Part shown: positions 9,147 through 18,340 of the stretch, one piece after another
Numbering within the stretch: the stretch's first letter is position 1
Layout: every line of letters starts with the position of its first letter
Origin: a virus
Taxonomy: Duplodnaviria; Heunggongvirae; Uroviricota; Caudoviricetes
Virus record (IMG/VR): IMGVR_UViG_3300042382_000594
DNA: 64,000 nt
Direction: 5' to 3' (one strand)
The notes under the pieces: generated by a model
Database searches by the model: none
Seen by the model: only the letters and a program-made list of their open reading frames with translations
What the model was told of the DNA's origin: nothing
Made by a program: the position numbers and the translations under genes

Positions 9147-9323
9147 TTATCCTGCCCTTGTTATTGGAGTTCCAGTCATAACTGGAGATTGTTTTTTTCT
9201 TGGCACTCTTACTCCAGGATCTTTAAGTCCTGCTATACCATTTGTAGTATTAGTTGGAGCGGTACTAACCGCAGCAGGAGCACCTTCTCCATCTTCTTCT
9301 AAAAATTGTTTAAATGTTTTCAT
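9147..9323 (-). CDS. small ORF (58 aa), hypothetical
   Basis: Own translation (MKTFKQFLEEDGEGAPAAVSTAPTNTTNGIAGLKDPGVRVPRKKQSPVMTGTPITRAG). ATGA-type overlap with the upstream ORF stop. Fills an otherwise empty 175-nt gap. Confidence 0.2.
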   Translation of the reverse strand: MKTFKQFLEEDGEGAPAAVSTAPTNTTNGIAGLKDPGVRVPRKKQSPVMTGTPITRAG

Positions 9324-9703
9324 AATTCTCTTAATATTTTTGCGATTTCCATATCTAAAGGAATATCAGAGGAAATTAATTTAGTTCCATCATACAAAAT
9401 TTCTGTAGGCATTCTATTTAGATAAACTAAAAACGTTTTTAATGCACTATAGCAATTATCATCTAATTTAAAAAATAACATTTTATTTACAGCTATAGTT
9501 GGTTCAAAAACGTTATATAATAATATTAAATGATTTAAAATTAACCGTTCAGCTAATTCGCCGGATTTTTTATATTTCTTTAACAATCGTTTAATGTAAA
9601 TTATTCTTTTTAAATCGGAATTAAATTCAGTCATAGAATAATGCACAGAATAATAATGTTTTGCGGCAAATAATAAAAAATTATCTTCAGTCAAGTCATC
9701 CAT
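9320..9703 (-). CDS. hypothetical protein
   Basis: ORF track. 127 aa. Confidence 0.3.
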   Translation of the reverse strand: MDDLTEDNFLLFAAKHYYSVHYSMTEFNSDLKRIIYIKRLLKKYKKSGELAERLILNHLILLYNVFEPTIAVNKMLFFKLDDNCYSALKTFLVYLNRMPTEILYDGTKLISSDIPLDMEIAKILREL

Positions 9704-9719
9704 AATTATAATATTATTT

Positions 9720-10136
9720 TTAATTTTGGTTAAGGTAATTATTTGGAGTATTAGCCTGTTCTAAATCGGTATTACTCATTTTAGCATCTTTACCTGGATA
9801 ACCATAAAAAGTAACTTTTGCTTTTTTTCCAACACTATCTTTCTTAGCATCTTTAATAGTTTCAATTAATGTTTTTGTTGAATTACTTTCAACACTTTCT
9901 ACATTATGCGCTTTTAATTGAAGCCATGCTTTAAATGCAGGAGAGTTTTTAATTCTTTCACGAAGCCTAGATCCAGCAACCCCGCGCAATTTATATGGAT
10001 CTAATTTTAGATGTCTATAATATGTAACAACTTGATCGTAATTACTAATTTCGTCGATTTGTTCAAATTCTTCTGTTACTTCAATATCCTGTAAAGAATT
10101 CTCTAATCTAAGCTCTTTTATGGCTTTAAAATCCAT
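9720..10136 (-). CDS. hypothetical protein
   Basis: ORF track. 138 aa. Confidence 0.3.
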   Translation of the reverse strand: MDFKAIKELRLENSLQDIEVTEEFEQIDEISNYDQVVTYYRHLKLDPYKLRGVAGSRLRERIKNSPAFKAWLQLKAHNVESVESNSTKTLIETIKDAKKDSVGKKAKVTFYGYPGKDAKMSNTDLEQANTPNNYLNQN

Positions 10137-10149
10137 TTAACTTCTCCTA

Positions 10150-10899
10150 TTATTTATTGTTGTTTTTAATTGGGTGAAATTTAGCCGGCGGGTTAAATTT
10201 CGGCGTATGTTTTACAACAAAAGAATCTTGTTTTTGTCCAATAATATGCGGATCATGCATAGCAGGATTACTTTGATGTTGCGGATGATTTGGAATATGT
10301 GGAACAGGAGCATGCGGAACAGGATGACTTGGCGGAACTACATGAGGTTCAGTATGAGTCAAATGTTGCGTGTTAACAGGAGGTTTTGAATGAACTGCGC
10401 GTTCCGGAGGTTTATATTCATGATGAAATTTATTTTGATAATTTTTTTCATGTTCCCTATTCATAGTATTCATTAAAATAGTATCTGCTTTAATTTCGCT
10501 ATCAGATTTAGTTACCTTTTTTTCGCGATTATTAAATTTATTAGTTAATTGTGCAATTTTTGGATTTGTATATCTTGAATGCAAATGAATACCAGCTTTA
10601 GCAAAACGAGCAGTTTCTGGATTTTTATATTGTCTAACAGAAGTATCTGTATCCTCAGTTAATCCACAAAACTCTTCATGATATTTCATTACTAATCTAT
10701 CTTTGAATGATAATGAAAATGGCGAATTTTTTCCTGATGAATGTGCAACTAGCTGCGGGGTTGATGTATCAGAATAATCTGGAGTAATTACACTAGGTTT
10801 TGCTTCTTTTCCATGAAAATGTTTCGATGGATGAGTAGATGAAAATGCCCCTTTTAGTGAAGTAAACCTACTTGAACTATGTTTATTTTTCGATGGCAT
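10150..10899 (-). CDS. His/Pro-rich low-complexity (probably disordered) basic protein
   Basis: C-terminal half is HxxP/PxH repeats (HVVPPSHPVPHAPVPHIPNHPQHQ). Confidence 0.35.
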   Translation of the reverse strand: MPSKNKHSSSRFTSLKGAFSSTHPSKHFHGKEAKPSVITPDYSDTSTPQLVAHSSGKNSPFSLSFKDRLVMKYHEEFCGLTEDTDTSVRQYKNPETARFAKAGIHLHSRYTNPKIAQLTNKFNNREKKVTKSDSEIKADTILMNTMNREHEKNYQNKFHHEYKPPERAVHSKPPVNTQHLTHTEPHVVPPSHPVPHAPVPHIPNHPQHQSNPAMHDPHIIGQKQDSFVVKHTPKFNPPAKFHPIKNNNK

Positions 10900-11695
10900 T
10901 TGGGATTACCTTTCTGAAATTTATTTTTTTAATTTTATTCAACACTTTTCTGGTATTTTCTTTATCTTGATCAGATTGCATACTAACTGTTGAAGATGCG
11001 GTACTTTGCATAGGACCGGTAGCTATAGGGGAAATATCATAATTAGGTGATTCAACTGATTCAGCAACTCCATTATAAACAGACCACGTCCCTGGAGTCA
11101 TACTTCTCGTATCAGAAGTATCTGCAGGAAGTTTTAATGGAACAATTTTATTAACCTTTTTCTTCAAATTAATTTTTACAATTTCTTCTAAACGCAAATC
11201 GGATTTAAATGTTAAATCTTCTAAAATATCATAAATAAATTCTCTTGATTCAGTTAAATCCAATGATTTTGAATTATCCACAGTAATATAAGAGTTAAAT
11301 AAACTAATAATTGCTTGTCTATTTGCATTTCCAACACTAATTCTATCCAATGATTCTTTTAAATTTTTTCTATCTTTTAATCTTTCAACAGCAATTCCTA
11401 AATCAGCCTCAACAACAATTAAATGCGTTGTATAACCAATTGCTTCTAATATATCTTTAGTTATAACAAACCCTAAATCAAATGAATTTCCAGTAACGAG
11501 TATAGAATATCTTTCTAAAAGAGAATCTTGTTTTTCCGATTTAGCTCGTTTAAATACTGCGTCATTATATAACATCTCATCAATTTGAGTTGACGTAAAT
11601 TCTACAATACCGTAATTAGATGCAATATCTCTAATTACGACATCCTTTCCGGATCCAGGAGATCCGATAATAAAAATTGCTTGTTTATTTTGCAT
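10883..11695 (-). CDS. P-loop nucleoside/nucleotide kinase-like protein with C-terminal extension
   Basis: Walker A IGSPGSGKDVVIRDIASNYG resembles the T4 gp1 N-terminus (SGVKRSGKDTTADFIMSNY). The rest is not gp1-like. 270 aa. Confidence 0.45.
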   Translation of the reverse strand: MQNKQAIFIIGSPGSGKDVVIRDIASNYGIVEFTSTQIDEMLYNDAVFKRAKSEKQDSLLERYSILVTGNSFDLGFVITKDILEAIGYTTHLIVVEADLGIAVERLKDRKNLKESLDRISVGNANRQAIISLFNSYITVDNSKSLDLTESREFIYDILEDLTFKSDLRLEEIVKINLKKKVNKIVPLKLPADTSDTRSMTPGTWSVYNGVAESVESPNYDISPIATGPMQSTASSTVSMQSDQDKENTRKVLNKIKKINFRKVIPNAIEK

Positions 11696-11696
11696 T

Positions 11697-12320
11697 TTAA
11701 AATAGTCTTATTTTGTTTAAAAATCCACGAATATATGATTCATGAACATTCATACCAGATTTAACATCACTCATCAATTCTTTTGCATGATCATCTGAAA
11801 CGTGAGATGGAACTCCTTGTCTAAATGAATGAAAATCATTGTTTTTAGCAAATTCTCGCATTTTAGTTCCAGACATACCAGCAGTTCCTTCTGCATTTGG
11901 ATCTCTATGACCAGCTGAACGCACTTCTATCTTTTTAAAATTATAATATCCATGTTTAGATGGCACTCCATTATATTTATGTATTAATTCTTCCATATCT
12001 TTTGTGCGATCCGAACCCGCAACATAAATTAAATGATCATGACCTTTATCGTGTAATTTAGATAAATGATGTAATAATGTTGGAGATTTAGAATCAGCTA
12101 CAGAAAAATTAGTTCCAGGAGAATATCTAGATAAATGTTTTAATTTGTGTTCTGAAGTTAATGGATTTTTCTTTGGATCATGACTACCTGAAGCGATAAT
12201 ATCATGATCAGCATTTTCTTTTTCTGCAGTAGAACGAACAGCATTAATTAACTGTAAGTGCCCAGTTGTAGGTGGATTCATTCTACCAAAAGCAGTAACA
12301 ACAGGATTTTTAGTGCTCAT
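11697..12320 (-). CDS. HxGH-motif nucleotidyltransferase (cytidylyltransferase/NMNAT-like)
   Basis: N-terminal AFGRMNPPTTGH matches the GRFxPxHxGH motif of the cytidylyltransferase-like superfamily (NadM/NMNAT, TagD). Confidence 0.55.
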   Translation of the reverse strand: MSTKNPVVTAFGRMNPPTTGHLQLINAVRSTAEKENADHDIIASGSHDPKKNPLTSEHKLKHLSRYSPGTNFSVADSKSPTLLHHLSKLHDKGHDHLIYVAGSDRTKDMEELIHKYNGVPSKHGYYNFKKIEVRSAGHRDPNAEGTAGMSGTKMREFAKNNDFHSFRQGVPSHVSDDHAKELMSDVKSGMNVHESYIRGFLNKIRLF

Positions 12321-13492
12321 TAACGTACCTTTAACAAATTAGCTTTAGAAAATTCTTCTCTATTAACAAGTTTAGTTGGTTCTCCATTATGATGAATAAC
12401 AAATCCTTCCGGATTTGTTCTTTTGTCACCAATATGGTGTTCTAATCCACCTTCATGTTGATTTAATGTTTTGGTTAAAATATTTTTAGCCGACTGTAAA
12501 TGGCCATGCATTTTTAATAAACGATTATAATGATCAGAATTACCAGCAATATGAGATAGATGACTAGTCAGTTCAGTATGTTTTCTAGCTTTACCTGCAT
12601 CACTTTTTAACTTATCAATTTGTTTTTCATATTTACCTACTATATGATTCTGCAATCCATCTGCAGAAGGTTTTTCGCCAGTTCTAACCGTATGATTAAT
12701 ATATGTTGCTAAATGACCGCTGTCACCACCATGAGGAGCTGTAGCATCATACATAGTATCTTTATGCGTTTTATGAATTTTATCAGCAGCATCCATATGT
12801 TTTTGAAATTTAGCTTGATCAGCTTCGCTATAATGAACGTTTTTGGTATCGTGTTCTGGAGTTTTACTCCAAACATCTGAATGAGATTTAAAATTATGTA
12901 AATCTGGATGAGGATCAGCTTTCATAGAAGATAAGGTATTTCCATGATACTGTGTATGAGTAACAACACCTAATTTTGCTTTTTTAACTTTATCTGCTTC
13001 TTCGCCGTGAGCAGTATATTTAATTGTATTTGGAGTAAATGATACGGATCCATTATCATTATGTTTCTTATCATCTCCACTAAACATTAAATCGCCTTGA
13101 TATACACCCTTTTTTGGAGTAATTTTATGTAAATGATCCAACGAATCTTTTAACTTCTCAACTAATCCAGGAGCATGGCCATGGTTTTGCTCAATATCTT
13201 CGTGAGTATAATTTATTTTTGGATTTTTATTAAATGCAGATTTACTGGCTACAAAGAATTTACCATTCTCTGGATGATGACCATATACGATGGAAGGAGA
13301 TCCATCGTATTTCATAGTAAGGTTAGTGCTATGTTCTCCAGATTTAATTGCATCATGAGCATGATGCAATGCACCTTTAGCATGAGCATATCCATTTGAA
13401 CCTTCAAAAACTCTATCTTCTGGATGTTTAATGTGCTTTAATTTAGCACCTTCTTCCTCGTTCTCAACAAGAAAATCTTTAAAACTTAGCAT
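12320..13492 (-). CDS. His-rich hypothetical protein
   Basis: 390 aa with very many His and Lys and no clear catalytic motif. Translationally coupled to the nucleotidyltransferase. Confidence 0.35.
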   Translation of the reverse strand: MLSFKDFLVENEEEGAKLKHIKHPEDRVFEGSNGYAHAKGALHHAHDAIKSGEHSTNLTMKYDGSPSIVYGHHPENGKFFVASKSAFNKNPKINYTHEDIEQNHGHAPGLVEKLKDSLDHLHKITPKKGVYQGDLMFSGDDKKHNDNGSVSFTPNTIKYTAHGEEADKVKKAKLGVVTHTQYHGNTLSSMKADPHPDLHNFKSHSDVWSKTPEHDTKNVHYSEADQAKFQKHMDAADKIHKTHKDTMYDATAPHGGDSGHLATYINHTVRTGEKPSADGLQNHIVGKYEKQIDKLKSDAGKARKHTELTSHLSHIAGNSDHYNRLLKMHGHLQSAKNILTKTLNQHEGGLEHHIGDKRTNPEGFVIHHNGEPTKLVNREEFSKANLLKVR

Positions 13493-13537
13493 ATAACCTC
13501 TCTGGCTTAATGTATATAATATAATTAACTATTTATA

Positions 13538-14443
13538 TTATAATAGTTTTTCTTTAATCCAGTCAATCACATTTATAGTTGGAACCCAATTTGTTGCTAA
13601 TTTAAATTTAGTATTATCTGATAAATTATTTAATGCTTCGCCAGCTGGTTTTTTAATATAAACAATACTATCTGATAGAGTATTAGCAATTTCATTAATA
13701 GTTTTTGTTTCTCCATATCCAATATTAAATACTTGAGCTTTCCACATATCTGGATTTGTATCAAAATTATCAATACATCGTATATTAGCCTGAGCAATAT
13801 CTTTTACATGTATAAAATCTCGCTCTTGGGTTCCATCACCAGTAACTGTTAATGGTTTACCATCTTTTAATAATTTTTCAAAGATACCTAATACTAGCGC
13901 ATATTGACCAGATTTGGGAGAACGTTCACCATAAACATTAAAATAACGAAGAATAACTGATTTAATTCCGTAGATTTCATAATAGTTTCTCAAAAATAAT
14001 TCTGCTGCATACTTAGTTGATGCATACGCATTTAAACAATCTTCTCGCTCAGTTTCTTTTAGCGGAAAATTTGTATTTAATCCATATATTGAAGATGTTG
14101 AAGAGAAAACAATACCTTTAATCTTATTTGCTTTTGCTGCTTCTAATACCGAAACAACGCCTTTAATGTTAGAATCAATTGCTTTTCTTGGATTAGCAAT
14201 AGAAGCACCTAATCGCGATTCTGCTGCTAAATGAAATATAAATTCACACCCTCTACTAACTGATATTAATTGCTTAGTATTACAAATATCAAAATGATAA
14301 TTTTTAATATTCTCATTAAAATAAAATTGATCATTATCTGCTGATAAATCATCAACATTAACAACAGTATAACCAGAATCAACTAACAAATCAATTAAAT
14401 GACTTCCAATAAACCCGCAACCACCAGTAACCAATACTTTCAT
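13538..14443 (-). CDS. NAD-dependent sugar-nucleotide epimerase/reductase (extended SDR)
   Basis: N-terminal VLVTGGCGFIGSHL Rossmann motif and YASTKYAAE (YxxxK) catalytic motif. Confidence 0.8.
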   Translation of the reverse strand: MKVLVTGGCGFIGSHLIDLLVDSGYTVVNVDDLSADNDQFYFNENIKNYHFDICNTKQLISVSRGCEFIFHLAAESRLGASIANPRKAIDSNIKGVVSVLEAAKANKIKGIVFSSTSSIYGLNTNFPLKETEREDCLNAYASTKYAAELFLRNYYEIYGIKSVILRYFNVYGERSPKSGQYALVLGIFEKLLKDGKPLTVTGDGTQERDFIHVKDIAQANIRCIDNFDTNPDMWKAQVFNIGYGETKTINEIANTLSDSIVYIKKPAGEALNNLSDNTKFKLATNWVPTINVIDWIKEKLL

Positions 14444-15168
14444 ACATCACCATTTATTGTTTGTTTAAAATATAAATTTATTGAATCAAATATTTTTTGT
14501 TTCAATGCAGTAGCAGAATAACTATGATCGCGTTCTATAAAATAAACAGGTAATTCTAAATCTTTACCAGTGAAACTTTTATCTTTATAATCAGAACCCA
14601 AAAAACGAATGTCAAAATTATTTATCTCTAGTAAATTATACAATTCTTCTTCTGTAGAATAACAGATAACATTATCAATATATCTAATTGCAGATAATAT
14701 TTCAATACGTTCTTCTACTGTTTGTACTGGGGTAATTTTATTTGCTGGAGAAATATTTAATAATACTGTTAAATTAGTGCAATGTAATTTAGCTTCTTTA
14801 AACATTCTAACATATCCAGGATGAATAATATCAAACGCTCCAGCTAATACTCCAAATTTATTTGGAATTGAGTTTTTCCAATCATCAATGGAAACCCCTT
14901 TATCATCAATAAAAATATGAGCATGAGGTTTAATACCCATAAGCAATTTATGATGTTTTATACCCCATTTTCTTAATTGGTCTTCAGTTAAATCATAATG
15001 ATCAATTCCACTAACGCAACCTCTTGCAGTCATAATAATAATTTCATGGCCAGAATCATATAAACGGTTAATCTCATTAACTACAGTTTTATCTGGAATA
15101 GAATTATAATATTCGCTATTTTCAACAGAGGAACAAATCGTTCCGTCTAAATCAAAACAATAAATCAT
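14440..15168 (-). CDS. bifunctional HAD-type sugar phosphatase / cytidylyltransferase-like nucleotidyltransferase
   Basis: N-terminal CFDLDGT HAD motif I (GmhB-like). C-terminal GAFDIIHPGY matches the HxGH nucleotidyltransferase motif (RfaE/HldE domain II-like). Confidence 0.6.
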   Translation of the reverse strand: MIYCFDLDGTICSSVENSEYYNSIPDKTVVNEINRLYDSGHEIIIMTARGCVSGIDHYDLTEDQLRKWGIKHHKLLMGIKPHAHIFIDDKGVSIDDWKNSIPNKFGVLAGAFDIIHPGYVRMFKEAKLHCTNLTVLLNISPANKITPVQTVEERIEILSAIRYIDNVICYSTEEELYNLLEINNFDIRFLGSDYKDKSFTGKDLELPVYFIERDHSYSATALKQKIFDSINLYFKQTINGDV

Positions 15169-15680
15169 TCAACAACTCCATGCAAAAATATTTGGTGTAC
15201 GCACTCAACTACGCCATAATCTTTACTATTAACGTGATAATCAAATTTGGCATTACGACCTAAACGACCCAAAACTCTAGCACTGTTACTTTTTGCAAAT
15301 CCAGTTAATATTCCATAAGGGTAATCATTTGCTTCGCAATATTTAATTACCTTTAATATATTTTCTGATTCGCCAGAAGAACTTATTAAAATAATAAATG
15401 TATCATAAGTTCTGTATGCTTTTACAAATTCTAAATACGCATTTTCCATACCGTAATCGTTAATAAAACACGTTAACATAGATGGATCGGAAAACGTTAA
15501 AGAATGTTTATGACACTTTTTAACATAATCTTGCGAGATATGAGAAGCAACTGAATTGCTTCCTCCATTACCGATAATAATAAATTTATTGTTTTGCTTA
15601 AAAACGCTTTTAAATTTATTGTATTCTTCGGAATCTTCCATTTTAGATAAAATATCTATACAATCTTTTATTAAACTCAT
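15165..15680 (-). CDS. gmhA: SIS-domain sedoheptulose-7-phosphate isomerase (GmhA-like)
   Basis: IIGNGGSNSVASH matches the GmhA GNGGSAADAQH signature. 171 aa. Confidence 0.7.
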   Translation of the reverse strand: MSLIKDCIDILSKMEDSEEYNKFKSVFKQNNKFIIIGNGGSNSVASHISQDYVKKCHKHSLTFSDPSMLTCFINDYGMENAYLEFVKAYRTYDTFIILISSSGESENILKVIKYCEANDYPYGILTGFAKSNSARVLGRLGRNAKFDYHVNSKDYGVVECVHQIFLHGVVE

Positions 15681-16624
15681 ATTTTTATACCTTCTACACC
15701 TGATGAACTTACATTTATTTTAATATAAGGTAACGATAAAGTCAAGCAGTTTTTCTTTGAAAATACAAGATAAAATCCGCCATTTCCTGCACCGCATAAT
15801 TTATGAGCTAATACTGTCGGGTTATCTAATAATATTTGATCGATTTCAGCTACAGTTACATTCTCGGTAATTAAATTACTTGTTTCCTTTTTAAGTTTCC
15901 AGCTATCAGAAACATATTGCAAAAATAACTCATATTCTTCATTATATAATGCTTGTTGAGCCAACTCAACAATTTGAATTAGTCCACGAGATTTTTCTAT
16001 ATTATTAGTAACATCTTTTAATACGTTTTTTGAATTTCGATTAACCCCTGTAAAAACTAAATGCATATCATAAATATCAAATATTTTTGTTGGGAGGAAT
16101 GTATATCTAACCTTATTATTTCTCTCAAATTCAATACGCTTAAATCCGCCAACCCCGCAACCAAATGGATCTTGTAATCCACAATGCGGATTAAACTTTT
16201 GTTCTAATTCAAGAGCAATTAAACAAATTTCAGTATCAGTTAAATGTAATTCATTTTTAATAGATATCGCTTTAATTAAAGAAATAATATAAGCTGACGA
16301 AGATGCCAATCCACTCCCTTGTGAGTAAACATCGCTGGTTAATGAAATTGTTAGAGGATCTATATTAAAATATTCTAATACAACTCTAACAACTTCATTT
16401 TTTATATCTTTAGCAAAAGATTCTTCTTCTCTAATAGAATAATTAAGAACATATTTATGTAAATGTTTGTTATAACCAACTTTATCTTCATGAATTGTAA
16501 CATAGGTTTTTAAATCACAAGTAAAACTTATTACTGAGCCATATCCATATCTCTCAATAAAAAGAGGATTATCAGTAGAACCCCCGAATAAAGAAACCCT
16601 TAATGGACAATTCGTTACTATCAT
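15677..16624 (-). CDS. GHMP-family sugar kinase (HddA-like heptose-7-phosphate kinase)
   Basis: GHMP motif 2 (SQGSGLASSSAYI). Lies between GmhA and a phosphatase/NTase in a heptose-pathway context. Confidence 0.7.
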   Translation of the reverse strand: MIVTNCPLRVSLFGGSTDNPLFIERYGYGSVISFTCDLKTYVTIHEDKVGYNKHLHKYVLNYSIREEESFAKDIKNEVVRVVLEYFNIDPLTISLTSDVYSQGSGLASSSAYIISLIKAISIKNELHLTDTEICLIALELEQKFNPHCGLQDPFGCGVGGFKRIEFERNNKVRYTFLPTKIFDIYDMHLVFTGVNRNSKNVLKDVTNNIEKSRGLIQIVELAQQALYNEEYELFLQYVSDSWKLKKETSNLITENVTVAEIDQILLDNPTVLAHKLCGAGNGGFYLVFSKKNCLTLSLPYIKINVSSSGVEGIKI

Positions 16625-17625
16625 GTTAAATAAACATCCTTAAATTCTTGCATTACGATTTCTGGAGTATAATTAGCAGTATAACCATCCCAATCTATTT
16701 TAGCTATCTCATTTCTATCAAAGAAACATAATATATTATATAGATCTTGGGCAGTATCATAATAAATTGCTTTATTTTGCATTAAGTAAATATGACCATA
16801 ATCATAAAAATGCGGTATTTCTTTTGGTAACCAAGAAATAACAGGTTTATTTCTAATAGTAAATTCAGCTACAGATAAACTAAATATTTCCCCATCAGCT
16901 CTTGCATGCATCATAGCATCACAAGTATTAACAAACTTCGCTTTTACTTGCTCGTCCATCGTCCATGGAAGATGAATAACTCGTTCGTGATCAATAAACT
17001 TATCTGTATTTAAAAAGACGAACCAGAGGTCTTTACGATCCTCTAACGCTTTTTTAATTGCAGGATAAACAAATTGTAGGTTAAAAGTTTCTCTACCACC
17101 ATGACGCCCAAGAACTAATGCATCTTTAGGGATACCCAATTCTTCTCTAAATGTATCATGCATATCTGAAGCTTCTTTTTCTAGAATATGATGAACATAA
17201 GGATGAGTTGCTCCAAATTTTTCTGAAATATATTTACATACCCCAGAATAAACGTCAGCATGAGGATCGTGCATTCTAAACACACAATGAGCCAACGATT
17301 TAGCATTAGTAGGCATTATACCATCATTTTCTCCAGCTTTAATTGCATAGAACGCATCAATCTTTTGCTTATCGCAAATTTTTTCTATAGCAGTTCTAAC
17401 ATTATTATTTTTAGCTCCATCTCTATATTCTTCTTCATATAAGATTGTTGAAAAATCTTTAAATCGATTTAAAGATGGAGTTGGTTTTAATCCAGAGGAA
17501 ATAATAATAGATTCATTACCCAAAATTTCTCTATTATATTTTGCATATTTGTAGAGACAAATTTCAGTACCTCTTTCACCTAATTGATTACTGTGGAACG
17601 CGATTCGCATTAGCTCTTTCCTCAT
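16621..17625 (-). CDS. GT-B fold glycosyltransferase (GT4-like)
   Basis: C-terminal ADGEIFSLSVAEFTIRNKPVIS resembles the GT4 E-x7-E/PVI motif. Confidence 0.45.
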   Translation of the reverse strand: MRKELMRIAFHSNQLGERGTEICLYKYAKYNREILGNESIIISSGLKPTPSLNRFKDFSTILYEEEYRDGAKNNNVRTAIEKICDKQKIDAFYAIKAGENDGIMPTNAKSLAHCVFRMHDPHADVYSGVCKYISEKFGATHPYVHHILEKEASDMHDTFREELGIPKDALVLGRHGGRETFNLQFVYPAIKKALEDRKDLWFVFLNTDKFIDHERVIHLPWTMDEQVKAKFVNTCDAMMHARADGEIFSLSVAEFTIRNKPVISWLPKEIPHFYDYGHIYLMQNKAIYYDTAQDLYNILCFFDRNEIAKIDWDGYTANYTPEIVMQEFKDVYLT

Positions 17626-18337
17626 CCATTTTTCTAAATTTTTCTACTGAATATTGACGTTCTTCTGTTTCAAGAGCTTGTAATTCAGGTTTTAAATAAT
17701 TAGCATCTTCGTGATATCTAAAACAATGAACAACTTTTTCAATCATAATTGGAGGACCATAATGCCAGTACGATCTAACAAAGTATTCTCCATCAACTAC
17801 GAATCGTAAATTTTCATCCATATCAATAGCAAATTCTCTACGAACTGCATAAGTAGAAGGATTTCCCGTTGAATTATCTCCGTTAACATATGCATTATCA
17901 AATCTAGGTAGCCTAGCATTAAAAAATTCAGTTCTATCTTCATTACAATTAACAAAGCCAGCAATCAACCACTTTTTATCTGGATTTGCTTGAAACGCAT
18001 CCCAAGTTTCCTGCAACCCAGTTTGTTCAACAAAAAAATCATCCATAAATAAAATTTTACATATTTCTCCAGTAGCTTTTTTCATACCAAAATTAACATT
18101 GGCTGCAGTAGAACCTCGCATATAATCGTTTTTATAGTATTTAATATCTAATACATGAGAAAAAGTGTCACAAATAGCTTTTAAATTATCACCAACACTA
18201 TGGTCAGCAACAACAATATCGAAATCTTTAAAATGTTGATACGATAATGAAGCAAAAAATTCTACTAAAAATCTTTCACTATAACCTTCTCTAATAGAAG
18301 AAGTATGAATGGGGGCAATTATTGATATTTTTGGCAT
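17588..18337 (-). CDS. GT-A fold glycosyltransferase (GT2-like)
   Basis: N-terminal ISIIAPIH...VVADHS pattern of GT2 enzymes. Confidence 0.5.
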   Translation of the reverse strand: MPKISIIAPIHTSSIREGYSERFLVEFFASLSYQHFKDFDIVVADHSVGDNLKAICDTFSHVLDIKYYKNDYMRGSTAANVNFGMKKATGEICKILFMDDFFVEQTGLQETWDAFQANPDKKWLIAGFVNCNEDRTEFFNARLPRFDNAYVNGDNSTGNPSTYAVRREFAIDMDENLRFVVDGEYFVRSYWHYGPPIMIEKVVHCFRYHEDANYLKPELQALETEERQYSVEKFRKMDEERANANRVPQ

Positions 18338-18340
18338 TAT

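Noticed and set aside
10174-10389. Plus-strand 71-aa Arg/Met-rich ORF
   Set aside because: Antisense to the His/Pro-rich gene. It mirrors the CAT/CCT-rich coding repeats, so it is a frame artefact.
13175-13399. Plus-strand 74-aa ORF
   Set aside because: Nested antisense within 12320..13492. Hydrophobic low-complexity.
17260-17442. Plus-strand 60-aa ORF
   Set aside because: Antisense inside the GT-B gene. Ile/Phe/Ser-rich.
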